DNA of 64,000 nt from the human T2T-CHM13v2.0 reference genome, Homo sapiens. Shown here piece after piece: positions 41,351 to 63,080 of this stretch. Numbering within the stretch: the first letter of the stretch is position 1; every line of letters starts with the position of its first letter. The notes beneath the pieces are model-generated. The model was not told the DNA's origin. It was given only the letters and a program-made list of their open reading frames with translations, and did not search any database. The position numbers and the translations under genes are program-made. Location: assembly GCF_009914755.1 (NCBI RefSeq), contig NC_060931.1; one strand, written 5' to 3'.

Positions 41351-42042
41351 GCAGGCAGGTGGTGATGAGACAGAAGAAAGATCCTGCCAGCCAAGAGGCC
41401 AAGAAGGAATGGATCCCAGTGACCCAAGCAGGGGAGCCAGATCTCAAGGGGATGGTTTGAGTCAGGGATGCCCCAAGGAACTGCACTGCCTGTTCCTTCC
41501 AGAGGGGGGAGCCACAGTGAGGACATGGATTGGTTCTTGATCCAGAACTCTCCCTCCAGAGGAGCTGGCCCTGGGCAGAGCCGATGCTCACAGGCTTCAT
41601 GGGGTAACAAAAAGAACATGGGTTGAGCCAGACAGGTCTGGGTCTGTGGGACCTCAGATAAAGCACATAACCCGTTGGGGCTTGGTTTTCCCATCCATGA
41701 AATGGCAGGAATGATGCTTCGTTGTTCAGAGTTGCAGGGCGGACCTAATGCCATGACTGGTCAAAGTGCCTGGGACAAAAATGATGCTCTGTCAACATTT
41801 ACATCCAAAAGGAATCTCAGTGGAAATGAAAACATTTGAGAGAGTGTCCGAAGGCTCTTTCTCAGGCTCTGTCCCCTGCCTTGATGGGTGGGGCTAGCCT
41901 TGTCATATCCCTCGGTACTTCCCATTTCCCGTGGTTTCTTCTTTTTTTCTTTTGAGACGGAGCCTTGCTCTTGTTGCCCAGCTGGAGTGCAATGATGTGA
42001 TCTTGGCTCACTGCATAGGTGCATAGGTGAAAGGTATACACA

Positions 42043-42313
42043 TGGGAGGCTGGGGCAGGAGGATCACTTGAGCTTGGGAGTCCTGGGTTGTGGTGCACTT
42101 TGCCAATCCAGTGTCTGCACTAAGTTCAGCATCAATATGGTGACCTCCTGGGAGCAAGGGACCACCAGGTTGCCTAAAGAGGGGTTAATCAGCCCAGGTC
42201 AGAAATGGAACAGGTCAAAACTCCTGTGCTAATCTGTAGTGGGATCGTACCTGTGAATAGCCACTGCACTCTAGCCTGGGCAACATAGTCAGAATCCATC
42301 TGTAGGAAAAAAA
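42043..42313 (+). pseudogene. 7SL (SRP RNA) retropseudogene lacking its 5' end
   Basis: S domain gtgtctgcactaagttcagcatcaatatggtgacctcc...caggtcaaaactcctgtgct...ctgtgaatagccactgcac, then A tail. Confidence 0.95.
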
Positions 42314-42325
42314 CTGGAAATAATT

Positions 42326-42635
42326 AGCCTGGGTTCAGTGGTTCATGCTTGTAATCTCAATCTCAGCACTTTGGGAGACTGAGGCAGGTGAATCACTTGA
42401 GCCCAGAAGTTCGAGACCAGCCTGGCAACATGGTGAAACCCTGTCTCTACTGAAAATACCAAAAAATTAGCCAGGCGTGGTGGCGCACGCCTATAATCTC
42501 AGCTACTCAGGAGGCTGAGGCACGCGAATCACTTGAACATGGGAGGCAGAGGTTGCAGTGAGCAGAGATTGTGCCACTGCACTCTGGCCTGTGTGACAGA
42601 GCAAGACCTTGTCTCAAAAAAAAAAAAAATAAAAA
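42326..42635 (+). mobile_element. AluS-like
   Basis: Dimeric Alu. Confidence 0.95.
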
Positions 42636-44065
42636 CCATAATCATTAAATTATATTTAAAAAGAAAAGAAAAAAGCTATACACACAGTAGATGATTGATG
42701 GACAAGAGGTTTATTGATTGATTGATCATCTGGAGAGCTGGTGTGGGGAGAAGAATCACATGTCTGTGCTTAGACAAGTTTGGATGAGGTAGAGCAAGGA
42801 AGGAACTTCTCTTAAGGGCAGGGAAAAGTCTACAGCCTCACCCTGACACAGCCTTGGCCAAGCCTCCCCTACATCCCTCCCATCCATAGACCAAAGCCCT
42901 GCAGGCTCAGAGCCCACCGAGCCATCTTAGAGAGGCTCTAAGTCAGGGCTTACAGATGTCAGGGCTCCCCTTCTAGTCTCTTGCTGGCACCTGATGCCTT
43001 TCCTCCACAGAAGGCCACCTCCCCCCTGCCTCTCTCATTCCATCTCTAACTCCATCCTCAGCCCATTCTCCCACCTAGACACAGCTGGGTGCCAGTTCCT
43101 TGCAGGCCCTCCTGGCTGCCTCTCTCTGAGGAAACAAAACCAAGCCAAGCATCCCACCCAAACCTCAAAACCAGGCTTGGTTTGTTATTGGTCCCAATCA
43201 GATGCAATCCAGGAGGTGTGGGATAGGAGTGGGAGGGGTAGAGGGGGAGCAGAGGCCACCCAGGAGTGTGCAGAGCCCAGACTGAAGCCCTAAGGCTCTT
43301 TCATCCTCCCTGGCTGCGAAGGGCTGGTCTTTGGCAGAGATGCCTCTGTGCCCTCTGTCTTCCGGGGACGCTCTCACACCTACCGCTTTGGCTGGGACTA
43401 TAAGATGGGCAGCTGTTGAGGCCCACTAGGGGTGCTGTGGGGCAGATGGTCTTTGTTTATTACCATGGATGGCTGACCTTTGCTGGCTTACCACGGGGAA
43501 TCCGGGAGAATCTCTGCATTGGCAGACAGCATCTCAACATATCATTTTGAGATAAGAATCATTTCTGTTTGATTTCATGACCCTAATTTATTTTGGACTG
43601 TCTTTTTTTCACACAAAGAATTAAAGTGTCTGTAACTTCATAAAGACTGGCGTGTTTATGACAAAAAGCAAAGAATAAAGGTGTGAACTTTCCAGGTCAT
43701 TCATCACTAGGCAAAGTCTCAAATATGAAGCCTGCCACACCAAGTACCCTCTACACTTACATTCTTTCTGTTCCTTTTGGACGATGTATTTGAACAGTAA
43801 AAAAAAGGAACAAGAATGTGGTGATTTGGATACTTTTTAGAGGCATGGCTTTCTGTGTTTAAGCTGTTGTAGCTCTTTGTGGTCACTGTGATTTCAGAAT
43901 ACAGGACAGTCAGGCCAGTGAATCCAACTCTTCTGTGTGGACTTCTGTGCACAGGATGAAAGGCACCTACCTCTTGCTTCTGAGAGACTTCCCTGCCTAC
44001 TTTCTGGCCCAACGAGGCAATCTCTTCAGAGTCAGGAGAAGGAGTGAGGTAATACGCTTCATTAA

Positions 44066-45603
<1,538 letters not shown>

Positions 45604-46112
45604 GAGAAGAAAATATTTTAATCACACCAGGTTATGAGCTAGGCATTACATCCGTGTCCTCATTGCCAGATCACCCTCTTTGTACTAAAATCCACCCCAG
45701 GCCCAAGGTCAGCCTTCAGATCTCCAAATGACTGTACAGCACTGCACTGACTCTCAGAGGCCACACCTTGCTTGAGAGAACATATTTCTGAAAGCTCTAA
45801 TATCTGTCCCCTTCCTACGTCTCTCAGATTAACTCAAATCAAAATAAAAAAGATTGGCTAAAGGCAAGCCAGCTGATATACTATTGCTCTCGCTGGGAGT
45901 GTGACTTTGGGTGAGTCAACTTCCCTCTTTGGGTGTCAGATTCCTGGGGAGATCACAGGGGCTGTCTGGTCCCTCCCAGCCCCAGCCTTCTCATGTAGGC
46001 AAAAAAGCGCAAGAGCAGTACTCTTCTCATTCTCACTCTACGTTTTCCTGAATATGTGCTGGGCAGTGTTAATGCATTACAGAGATTACCTAGTAGGTAG
46101 GTTCTAATATTA

Positions 46113-46582
<470 letters not shown>

Positions 46583-46870
46583 GAAGTTAACAGGGTCCAG
46601 GGGCAACAGAGTTGCACACAGCATGGTGGGGGCATACCGTGTCAGAGCAGGAAGTGGCCTCAGAGATGAGCAGCCCAAGCCCTCGAGGCAGAAGGAGGGG
46701 AGACTTGCCTTGGCCACACAGGGTTAGCACATGCACTGCACGTGGGTAGTAGTAGTCCAGTTACGTGACACCGGGAGAAAGGTGTCTGGAGCAAGCCACC
46801 TAGAAAACCAGAAGGCAGGAACTAGAGGAGAGATTCTCGTGATAAGGAGTAATGGAGAAAATTCAACTGA

Positions 46871-48086
<1,216 letters not shown>

Positions 48087-48313
48087 CCAGGTGTTTTTGG
48101 TGGAGGTGGCTCAAGTCCCCACCAGAGACACACTGGTTTAGAGCCTGCTCAGGAGGAACAAAGACGTTGAAGCTGCAGCAGGTAAGTGCAGGGCGTTCCC
48201 TTCTCTTATATTCTGTTCTGAAGAAAGTGTGAGTGTGGGGTGGGAAGAGGGGTAAGGAGGTCAGGGGGTGCTGAAAGGGTCTCAGCAGAGAACTGTGCGC
48301 AAGGACCTAAGAC

Positions 48314-49597
<1,284 letters not shown>

Positions 49598-49765
49598 TCA
49601 CATCTGCTGGGTAGCAGTGTTACACGCGAGCTGCTAAACCCGGTCATGTGGTTCACGTGGAAAGAGAAGCAAAGCCAGATGGGCTTTTGCAGAGTTCCCC
49701 TTCCCTTGCCTCCCGGTTGGGTCTGGGAACCTCCAGGAATCGTGTGTTATCCTTCCCGAGTGAAT

Positions 49766-49783
49766 GGTGCCACCTAGTGGAAA
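49766..49783 (-). promoter_or_regulatory. Candidate CTCF site
   Basis: Minus strand TTTCCACTAGGTGGCACC matches the CTCF core. Confidence 0.6.
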
Positions 49784-49850
49784 TAGAGTTAACAACACCA
49801 GCAGGAGCATTTCATACACCTGGAAACCTAAAAATTAGCTGGCTTTCCAC

Positions 49851-50347
49851 TGTTGAGAAGATTCAATGCGGATCAACGAAAGCCACCCAAATGAGGAAGG
49901 CAGAGGCTATTTATTTAGCGTTTTCTATGGCCAGACAGTCAGCCACCATCACTTGCCTTTGGCAGAGAGTCAAATATAACTGGAGACTCAAATGCTAGTG
50001 GGAAAGGCTTCTATAGGTTTCAGGTGGGCTCTAATTGGAAGATGTTGGCAGGGGGAAAGTGCAGGCAGCAGCATCTTATGTGATGGGTTTGGAGAGGATT
50101 TTTGGCTTTCTTGGCTTGGTCCTGAGTTGGAAGTGTCAGTGAGAATTAGGGCAGCAGGCAGTCATTGAGCAAATCCTGACGTTCTGGGCCTATCGCCATA
50201 GAAGGTTGGCTTGGCTCCTGCCCCGGTTGCTGCAAAGGTTGTGGGTCACAGCCTCTGAATATGCAGAGTCAATGACCATATATGACACTAGACATAGAAA
50301 TGCATAGTTATATATGGCCATTGTCCCTTTGCGTATTCAGTCTCTTA
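49851..50347 (-). mobile_element. ERVL-class solo LTR (MER77/MER21-like)
   Basis: Minus strand agagactgaatacgcaaagggacaatggcc...gacccacaacctttgcagcaacc resembles recalled MER77; TG at left end. Confidence 0.6.
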
Positions 50348-50652
50348 ATTCATTCAACATTCTAAATATATCCATCCCTCCTGTTACTAATCCTGAAACG
50401 GATTGCATAAAGTTACCCATGTGAGCAGCAGGTTGACTCCAAGCCAGCATCTGTGATTTTCAATGGTTGCCCTTATAAACTTTGATTTAGGGTTCATATG
50501 TGATAGAACTGTTTTTGTTTTGTTTTGTTTTGTTTTTTACTGCCCATGTTGCCTTCATATGTATGACATAATTCTCCTAACTGACATGGGCCTCAGTAAT
50601 AATCTCTCAACTTCACCTGTGTGGGAGCTGACTCTAGCTCTTTACAATGCTA

Positions 50653-51362
50653 CACTTTCACCACTGCCACCACCATCACCAGTCATTTGGTGGTGGTGAT
50701 GGTGGTGGATGGTAACAGTGGTGGTAATGATGGTGGTGATGGTTATGGTGGGCCTATTTCTGCAGAGATTGTAGGTCGCCACCATCACCGTCACCGTTAC
50801 CACCACCACTATCATTATGATCACCACCACTTTTGTCACCACCACCACCAGTCACCACCAACACCGTCACCAGCACCACTGTCACCACCACCACCACTAT
50901 CACCATCACCATTATCACCATCACCACCACCACCATTACCAATATCAATGCCACCACCATTGCCACTGTCACCACCATCACTGTCACATCATCACCATCA
51001 CCACCGCCACTGTTACCATCACTACCACTATTACCACCACTACCACCAACATCAACAATACCACTACCATTACCAATATCAATGCCACCACCATTACTGT
51101 CACCACTATCATCACTGTCACCACCATCACTCACCACTATCATCCCCATCACCACCACTACCACTGTCACCACCACCACGACCACCACCATTATCATCAC
51201 CACCACCAATATAACCACCGCCCCATTACCAACATCAATACCACCACCATCACCATTGTCACCGCCATCACCACCACCACTGTTACCACCCACTACCATT
51301 ACCTTGACCACCACCACCACCATCTTCACCACCACCACCACCATATTCACCACTACCACTAT
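50653..51362. repeat. Degenerate (CAC/CAT)n triplet tract with a (GGT)n segment at 50688-50751
   Basis: Directly visible; gives spurious His/Thr/Pro/Val ORFs. Confidence 0.95.
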
Positions 51363-51370
51363 CTACAAGG

Positions 51371-51542
51371 TCAATGGTTCTCAAAATGTTTTCCCCAAAC
51401 CAACAGCATCAGCATCATATAGTAACTGTTAGAAATGCACATTCTTGGGCCTCACCCCAGACCTACAAAAGTCAGCAATGGGGTGGGGCCAGCGCTCCAA
51501 CTAATTCTGATGGATGCTAAAGTTTGAGAGCCACCATTCTAG
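51371..51542. mobile_element. MER5A-like DNA transposon
   Basis: caatggttctcaaa...ttagaaatgcacattcttgggcctcaccccagacctac...aagtttgagagccac. Confidence 0.8.
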
Positions 51543-51787
51543 ATAAATTTCTAGGATGCCCACAAGGGCCTTATTTTCAGTCAGACCTTCCACAATGTAT
51601 CCTTTAAATTTGTGAAAATTTGCTTGTCTTATGAAGTAGTCAGAGAAACAAGACGACCTTTATCTAGGTAATATCGAGGCAGAAATTCAAGGAAAAATAA
51701 ATCCACTGAGCTGGTGCACACCTTAAAATAATTATCCTCCTGTATTCACCCATACTTGTCTAGTCCCCTGCATCCCGCAACATTTCT

Positions 51788-51805
51788 TGGCGAGCCAGCC
51801 AGGAG
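51788..51805 (+). promoter_or_regulatory. Primer binding site, tRNA-Arg(ACG)
   Basis: TGGCGAGCCAGCCAGGAG is the reverse complement of the tRNA-Arg(ACG) 3' end CTCCTGGCTGGCTCGCCA. Confidence 0.9.
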
Positions 51806-52013
51806 GAGTGGAGACGGCAGATCTACTGTCTCCTTTCCCTATGGGGCTGGAGCCCCGGGCCTGGGGAGACCTGTGACCCCAGGTGCCACCTGGAGAACTT
51901 CAGCCTAGAGGGGTGAAATCAGCTCTCCTGTGACCCAGCACCCCTACCCAGCAGCACAACAGAACCTGAGAGGGGCTACAGGACAATTCCAGAAACAGCG
52001 TGCTTCAGGAACT

Positions 52014-52022
52014 GCGGTAAGG
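52014..52022 (+). promoter_or_regulatory. Putative ERV major splice donor
   Basis: GCG|GTAAGG in the leader between PBS and gag. Confidence 0.6.
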
Positions 52023-52556
52023 TATTGGGGCCCAAGGCAGGACCCGTCTCATAAGGATAGAAGGGGAGCCTTCCCAGGGTGTAACTGGTAGTCTGACCCA
52101 GACGGGTTAGGGGCAGCAAGAACAGCTCGCCAATTTGGATGAAACTCACATCCCAACCGACACCGGATGTGAGAGTGGCTCGCTAAGTTGGTTAGGAAAA
52201 GGAAACTGGAGGCGGCAAGAGTGGCTCACCATCCCAATTAGGAACACAGGAACTGGGAATGGGGAGGTGTGTGAAAGTGTGTGAGAGATGGTTCCTGGAG
52301 AAACCAATGTGGGGAGTGATGTGGGGAGTCACAGATCTCTTAGCGTGGACTGTGTGCTCCAAGCGAAGTGTGGGGCCAACCTGGACTAGTGGCGAACCAC
52401 ATATGGCTAATAGGAGCTGCCCCACAGCTCAGAATTGTGGTGGGAATAAGGACCTCTCCAAAGCCAAGTGGTGTCTGAAAACTCCCATAATAGGAGAAGG
52501 TCTGGTTGGTCTGAGTCAAAAGGAAGAGTGGGTATGCTGCATCATAAAGGGAGGAA

Positions 52557-54536
52557 ATAGGAGGAAAGTCATCAAAACCCACTCCATTGGAGTGCATGTT
52601 ACAAAACTTTAAGAAAGGTTTTGCAGGGGATTATGGAGTTAAGCTGACCCCCCAAAGGTTGAGAACTCTCTGTGAACTAGAATGGACTTCTTTTGGAGTT
52701 GGATGGCCAACCGAAGGAACTACAGACGGAAATAATTGGCTGTGTATTTAGGGTGGTGACAGGGGTCGGAGGACAGCCTGGGCATCCAGATCAATTTCCT
52801 TACATTAACTCATGGTTAAATATAGTACAAACAAGACCAGCCTGGATCCAGCCCTGTTTAGTGGCTCATTGCAAAACACTTGTGGCCCAAGCTGAGCCAG
52901 AAGTGAAAGTAAGAGCAGGTTCGCCGACAGACACAGAGTTAAAGGGGAAGTCCCAGAGGGAACAAGAAAGGCCAGTTTTGCAGGAGCTGCCAGAGGGAAC
53001 AGAGATTCCTCCTCCATATGTCCCAGCCTGGCCCCCTTTACTGAGGCCAACAGCCCCCCAGGAACCAAATTCAGGAGCTAGCACACCCCAAGTTTCACCC
53101 CAAAGGGAAGAATCAGAGCCTTGAGAGGCCAGGGAAGGAAATCAAGATAGTCGAGCAGGGTGTCTCAGATCTGGCTGTGCTCAAGCATGTAAATGCCTCT
53201 CAGGGAGACATGAGGACCCATTTATTATGATGACCAAGGCCAAGTCCAAGGGGGGCAACAGATTTTCATCTATGAGCCCTTTTCAACCACTAATCTCTTA
53301 AACTGGAAACACCATACTCCCTCCTATACAGAGAAGCCCCAAGCTCTTGTAGATCTGATGCAGTCCATCTTTCTGACACACAATCCAACCTGGCCAGACT
53401 GCAGGCAGCTTCTTCTCACGCTGTTTAACACTGAGGACCGCAGGAGAGTAACCCAGCAACTCTCCGCTGGCTAGAAGCCCATGCACCAGCAGATGCAGTG
53501 AATGCTCAGGCATACGCTCAGGGCCAGTTCCCAGACCAAGATCCCAACTGGGACCCAGAAGATGCGACCCAGCTTCAGCATTTGCAGAGGTACCGAAGAC
53601 ACTTCTGAAAGGGCTAAGAGATGGTGGAAAAAGGGCAATCAATAAGAAAAGATCTCAGGGATGCTTCAGGAAAGTGATGAGAGCCCTAGCCAGTTTTATG
53701 AAAGACTCTGAGATATACTGGCTTTTCACCCCATTTGACCCTGAGGCTCTTGAAAATCAGCGTATGGTAAATATATCATTTGTAGGACAGGCCCAGGGTG
53801 ACATAAAGCGAAACCTTCAGAAACTGGAAGGTTTCGCAGGCATGAATGCCACCCAGCTTATAGAAGTAGCCACCAGGCTACTTCTATAAGTAGGAGGGTG
53901 GAGGATTACAGGTGGGATCACACCTGTAATCCCAGCACTTTGGGAGGCCGAGGCGGGCAGATCACAAGGTCAGGAGATTGAGACCATCCTGGCTAACACG
54001 GTGAAACCCTGTCTCTACTAAAAATACTCGGGAGGCTGAGGCAGGAGAATGGCGTGAACCTAGGAGGCAGAGCTTGCAGTTAGCTGAGATCGCACCACTG
54101 CACTCCAGTCTGGGCGACAGAGCGAGACTCCGTCTCAAAAAACAAACAAACAAAAAGAAGTAGCCACCAAAGTGTATGTTAACCATGACCAGGAGGCAAA
54201 GAAGGAAGCAGATCGGAGGCTTAAAAAGAAAGCCGATCTGTTGGCAACAGCCCTCATAGAGAGAGACACTAGCAATGTGAGAGGATGAGGAAGTGGACGT
54301 GGACATGGACATGGAAGAGGCCAAGACAAGGATTCAAGAGCTGACCAAGGTTAGAGAAGGATCAATGTGCACAATGCAAAAAGAAAGGACACTGGAAGGA
54401 TAAATGTCCATAAGGCAATGAGGGAAATGGCCAAGGCGGAGAGACAAAGAGGCCACCGGCCAGGGGCTGCCACACCCTGGCAGAACCAGATACTGATCTG
54501 ATCAGGCTGGCAGGGGCTGAAAGATATGAGGACTAG
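52557..54536 (+). pseudogene. gag: ERV gag (MA-CA-NC), disrupted
   Basis: Start mutated to ATA, then GGKSSKPTPLECMLQNF...LCELEWTSFGVGWP; PPPY late domain; CX2CX4HX4C at 54366-54407; amber TAG at 54534-54536 in frame with pro. Confidence 0.9.
53876..54155 (+). mobile_element. AluY-like in gag, with abnormal 5' end and internal deletion
   Basis: TSD agaagtagccacca at 53862-53875 and 54156-54169. Confidence 0.9.
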
Positions 54537-55715
54537 GACAGACCGCACTCCTTCTCATTGGGCCTTCAGGAGCCTATGGTCACATTAAAAGTTGGAAGCC
54601 GTTCAATGGACTTTATGGTAGATACTGGGGCTGAACACTCTGTAGTAACTCAACCCATAGGGCCACTAAAAACTATACAACTATTGTAGGGGCTACTGAA
54701 GTCTCAGAGAGGAGGCCATTCTGCCGGTCAAGGAGTTGTGTTATAGGAGGACGAGAAGTCCAGCATAAATTACTATACTTCCCAAATTGTCCAGTTCCCT
54801 TGTTAGGGAGAGACCCACTCCAAAAACTGCAAACATGGATTACTTTTGGCCCCCAGGGAGGTATAACTTTAAATCTGACTCACCCAAAGGCCATGGTGTT
54901 AACCTTTACTGTCCTGCAGGCTGAGGAGTGGAGACTTTATAAAAAGAGATTTCAGGCACCAATGCAACCTCATACACAAGAGGAAGAAAAATTATTATTT
55001 CAGTTAGTTAAAGAAATTACTGGAGTATGGGCTGAGGACAACCCACCTGGGTTAGCTGTAAATCATGCACCAGTAGTAGTAGAATTAAAACCAGGAGCAG
55101 ATCCTGTTCAGGTTCATCAGTACCCAGTTACCCAAAAGGCTGTATGGGGCATCTGTAAACACTTACAGCCGCTCTATAAACAGGGGATTTTAGTCCAATG
55201 CCAGTTGCCCTGGAATACTGTACTTTTGCCAGTACAAAAGCCACTACCAGGACCAGGGTCTGATGAATATAGACCAGTGCAGGACTTGCATGCCGTAAAC
55301 TGGGCCACAGTAACCATCCATCCAGTGGTACCCAACCTGTATAATTTAATGGAACTCATTTCAGCAAGTGCTACCTGGTTTACAGTCTGAGACTTAAAGG
55401 ATGCTTTCCTTCATATCTGCATGGTACCAGTTAGTCAGCCTATCTTTGCATTTCAATGGGACAAAGAAGCTACCCAGCTCACCTGGACTAGGTTCCTGCA
55501 AGGGTTTAAAAACTTTCCCACAATCTTTGGGGAAGCATTGGCCTCAGACCTCAAGGCCTATACCCTGCCAAATGATAACTGTGCCTCGTTACAGTATGTA
55601 GATGACCTTCTTTTGGCGGCCCCAACCCAAGAGGACTGTTATCAGGGAACCCAAGACCTCCTCCATCTCCTATGAAAAGCAGGTTGCAAAGTACCTAAAA
55701 AGAAAGCTCAAATTT

Positions 55716-56041
<326 letters not shown>

Positions 56042-56794
56042 TTAAATATCTAGGTTTCATAGTGAGCCAGGGGGAACGCCGGCTTGGCGATGAGCGGAAG
56101 CAAGCCATTTGTGCACTTCCAACCCCGACCACCTGACGTCAAATGAGAGAATTTTTAGGGGCAGCAGGATTCTGCTGCATCTGGATTCCAAATTTTTCAC
56201 TGATGGCTAAGCCGTTATATGAAGCCACAAAGTGGGGAGAAAAAGAGCCCCTACTCTGGGAAACTAATCAGGAAATAGCATTCAAACAGATCAAGGAAGC
56301 TTTGGCCCAGTCCCCAGCCTTAGGACTACCAGACGTAACTAAGCCTTCCTTTCTATATGTTCATGAACAAAAGGGAGTGGCTATAAGGGTTCTGACTCAA
56401 GCTACAGGATCATGGCATCACCCAGTGGCATATTTATCCAAACAACTGGACTCTGCGGTGCTAGGATGGCTTGCTTTAACACATTAGCCACCTCCGTCTT
56501 GTTGGCACAAGAGGCTAGTAAACTAACTCTGGGACAGCAGCTAACCATCTGGGTGCTGCACTCAGTACAGCAGCTAAGCATCTGGGTGCTGCACTCAGTT
56601 ATAACTTCGATAGACCAAAGAAGACATCACTGGTTGTCAAACCTGAGGATGACTCAGTACCAAGGGCTTCTATGTGAAAACCCTTACAGTATTTTAGAAA
56701 CAGTGAACAGCTTAAACCCGGCTACTCTGCTCCCAGTGGAACCAGGAGCTCCCCTCCATGACTGTGTCAAAACAGTAGATGAGGTATTCTCTAG

Positions 56795-57391
<597 letters not shown>

Positions 57392-58105
57392 TTAACAGCT
57401 GGAGGCAAATAAATAAAGTACAAGAAAAAAATTCTACAGTTCTTAGAGGCTGCATGGGCTCCAGAAAAAGTAGTTGTAATGCACTGCAGAGGGCACCAAA
57501 AGGCAGGGATGCCAGAAGCCAAAGGAAACAGAAAGACAGGCAGAGGGGCAAAGCGGGCAGCAATGATTATGCCACATTTTAAAGAGAAAGCCTTAGCTAT
57601 GCCTCTCCTCCCAGAACCTCCTCTCCAAGAGGACCCAACTTATACTCCAAATGAAAGAGCCTGGTTTGCCCAGGAAGCTGGAAAATACATTAAAGGAGGG
57701 TGGTGAAAACTCTTCGATGGAAAGTCAGCCATTCCGGAGATGTTAGCTCCTAAGTTTGTGAAACAAATTCATCAAGGAACTCATATGAAAAAAAGGGCAC
57801 TAAAAATGTTATTAAAATGTCATTTATATGTGCCACGGGTCTCTGCCATCACTTGAGCTGTCTGTAAACAATATTTAACCTGTGCTCAGAACAATCTGCC
57901 ACAGGGGCCCACACAGCCCCCAGGAATTCAGGAAATAGGAGCCATGCCTTGTAAAAACTTACTTACAGACTACCGAACTGCCCCGTGCTGGGGGCTATCG
58001 GTATATGCTAGTGCTTATTTGCACCTTTCCAGGATGGGTTGAGGCTTTCCCCACCAGGACAAAAAAAGCACGAGAAGTGACTAAAGCACGTTAAAAGACA
58101 TTATC

Positions 58106-58380
58106 GGCCGGGCACCGTGGCTCACGCCTGTAATCCCAGCACTTTGGGAGACTGAGGCGGGCGGATCACAAAGTGACCATCCTGGCTAACACGGTGAAAC
58201 CCTGCCTCTACTAAAAATATAAAAAAATTAGCCGGGCGTGGTGGCGGGTGCCTGTAGTCCCAGCTACTCAGGAGGCTGAGACAAGAGAATGGCGTGAACC
58301 CCAGTGAGCCGAGATCATGCCACTGCACTCCAGCCTGGGCTACAGAGCAAGACTGTCTCAAAAAAAAAAAAAAAAAAAAA
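58106..58380 (+). mobile_element. AluY-like in integrase, with two small internal deletions
   Basis: TSD aaaagacattat. Confidence 0.95.
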
Positions 58381-58475
58381 GACATTATACCCAGGTTTGG
58401 ACTGCCGCTAACTTTAGGATCAGACAATGGGCCGGCATTTGTAGCTGAAATAGTGCAAGATTTAACAAGACTGTT

Positions 58476-62268
<3,793 letters not shown>

Positions 62269-63080
62269 GTTAAAACTAAAATGGAAGTTACACACAGCCT
62301 ATTGGCCACAAAGTTTAGGAAAAGTAGAACGCATGAACCGGACACTCAAGCAGCTACTGAAGAAATATTGCCAAGAAACTCATCTAAGATGGGATCAGGT
62401 CTTGCCTATGGTCCTCCTCCGAGTCAGGTGCACCCCCACCAAACAAACTGGGTATTCACCCTGTGAAATTTTGTTCGGTGGGCCTCCCCCAATCATAAGT
62501 CAAATAAAAGGTACTCTCCGGGAACTAGAGAAATTAACTTTAAGAAAGCAAATGCAGGCGTTAGAAATAGCCATGCAAGAGGTTCATGGCTGGGTACGAG
62601 AAAGAATGCCTATAAGGCTGACAGGCCCAGTACACCCCTTTAAACCTGGAGACTCTGTTTGGGTTAAAAAGTGGAATCCAACTTCTCTAGGACCCATATG
62701 GGATGGGCCCTATACTGTAATCTTGTCCACTCCCACTGCTGTTAAAGTTGCAGGTGTTTTACCTTGGATCCACCACAGTTGGCTAAAACCGGCAGCTCAG
62801 GACAAGTGGACCAGTCAGCAGGACCCAGATCACCCAACCTGGTTGATCCTGAGATGAGACCAAGCTGCTGCTAAAGATGACTGCCCTGCTCTGGTCACTC
62901 CGGAAGCTGACTACTCTACCCACGGCTGAAGCTTGAGGACTCATCAAGCAAGTAAATGTGGTTAGAAATCTTAGAGCTAGTAGCTTTCCTTGTAATACTA
63001 ACTGTTTTCCTGTTGTTCTGTCGCTGTGCCCAATCTCCTCCCCCAGGTAAAGACCTCTTCTATCCTTGCTGAATATAAAT

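Noticed and set aside
50621-51432. ~200-aa poly-His/Thr/Pro/Val ORFs resembling mucin or His-rich proteins
   Set aside because: Simple triplet repeat open in several frames at once
62333-62857. 174-aa integrase C-terminal ORF as a co-opted gene
   Set aside because: The catalytic core is split by the L1 insertion; ordinary pol remnant
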